Origin: Macrostomum lignano
Lineage: Eukaryota
Assembly (NCBI GenBank): GCA_002269645.1
Contig: NIVC01000785.1
Location: 186,001-250,000, forward strand
Length of the DNA: 64,000 nt
Direction: 5' to 3'
Shown here piece after piece: positions 62,717 through 64,000 of the stretch. Made by a program: the position numbers and the translations under genes. The notes below the pieces were generated by a model that worked only from the letters and a program-made list of their open reading frames with translations, did no database searches and had not been told where the DNA came from. Every line of letters starts with the position of its first letter. The stretch's first letter is position 1.

Positions 62717-63225
62717 GCCAGGAATGTTTCATTCAGCTCAGCTGATAATATAACCAAGTCATTTTTGCTTGGCAACTCATCCAGTATTCGGACCGGTTGA
62801 ATATTCCTCTGGGATTTCGAGAGTGCGTAGGGGGAATGGTTTCATAACTAGCAATTTTCCCGTATATTTAGCTTATATTCGCTCCTTACTGGGCGCTCTT
62901 TTGGCCTTTGGTAGAATCTGGCGATCTAAAGGGTGGAGATCCTCCTTCAGCTCCTCCCTGTGTGCGCGCCTCGCGCCTGTACTGGTGGTGAACGAACGAC
63001 CTTGGCCTTCCCGCCACCCCCTCCTCCCTCTCCTGAACCGCTAAGCTTATTAGAGAGAGAGGGGAGGAGAGAGCGAGTCACATGACTGGATTTCCTATTT
63101 ACAACCCCTCCTATCTCTGTTTTTCTTCTCTCTCCTCTTCTCTCCCCCCACTCCCCCATTGCCCTTGGCCTGTACTAGTTAGTGCGCCTGCACTGATAAG
63201 TGAGTGCCCTCCTGGACCGCGTGAC

Positions 63226-63446
63226 TAGGGATTCCAAAATCCCGACATTTTACAATCCCGGGATTGAATAGTCCCGAAATCCCGATGCTGTTGAAATCCC
63301 GGGATTCAAAATCCCGGAATCCCGGTGCTTTTGCAATCCCGGGATTAAAAATCCCGGGATTCGATTCCCAAAAAAATCCCGGGATTCAAATCCCGGATTT
63401 TTGGCCCCAATCCCGGGATCCCGGGATCCCGGGATTGGAATCCCTA
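63226..63446. mobile_element. MITE-like element built of ATCCCGGGAT palindromes
   Basis: TIR TAGGGATTCC / GGAATCCCTA; many internal ATCCCGGGAT motifs; no TSD found. Confidence 0.65.
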
Positions 63447-64000
63447 AATTGCTAGACGGACTGTGCGGCGTGCCGCGTGCAGTAGTCATGGTCTCGCGAC
63501 TCTCAGAGTCTCAGGGCCTTTTCATATTACCAATTCCAGAACCAGAATCGGTTCGGAATTCGAAGAAAAACAGCAGTATAACTATTAAACTCTGTTAATA
63601 TTTGACTGCCTTAACAGCCTCACTTAGCACAATTTTTCACTTTCTTCTTGGCGACTGTCATTCAATAATAAAAACTTTATAGCACGTATCTCCCTCTAGT
63701 TATGGAGACAAAAAGTTTATACTTCACAAATTGGTTCTTGTTCTGGAACCAGAGCAAGCAATATGAAAAGGCCCTCAGTCTCGTCTCGTGGTAGAAAACG
63801 AAAAAAAAGTTAAAATTATCTATAATTTACAGTTCACATTAACAATTTTTAGCTCAATTAGGACAGGAGCTTTGCAAATGTTTAACGTTTCATTGAGAAA
63901 CAGCAAAAACAAATAAATGTTTTATTATTCAAATAAACGTTTAGACTTTAAATTATCTAATTTAGGCATTGAAAGGTCGTTCTGATCCCGGACCAATCCC

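Overview
Eukaryotic (animal) genomic DNA: spliceosomal introns, GC-rich exons in an AT-rich, repeat-dense background. The style fits an invertebrate such as the flatworm Macrostomum, but this is inference only. One complete conserved gene is present: a 7-exon minus-strand TRIM-NHL gene (RING, 2 B-boxes, coiled coil, NHL; about 936 aa; 35030-41519) whose NHL domain matches mei-P26/nhl-2. There is also an intronless orphan ORF for an acidic single-pass membrane protein (14685-15332) and a probable signal-peptide exon (60034-60280). The rest is mobile DNA and tandem repeats: two solo LTRs of one family with internal tRNA-Leu primer-binding sites, a decayed RTE-like LINE, an intron-containing hAT transposase pseudogene, a CMC/EnSpm-like element, several hAT MITEs, tRNA-derived SINEs and about 20 micro/minisatellites. 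Most notable: a hAT MITE carrying the 28S rRNA helix-69/R2 target region (with a second decayed copy), LTRs whose integrated ends contain tandem PBS modules, strong CpG decay implying methylation, and satellites built of Pumilio elements or 5' splice-site consensus. Most long ORFs in the track are repeat artefacts.
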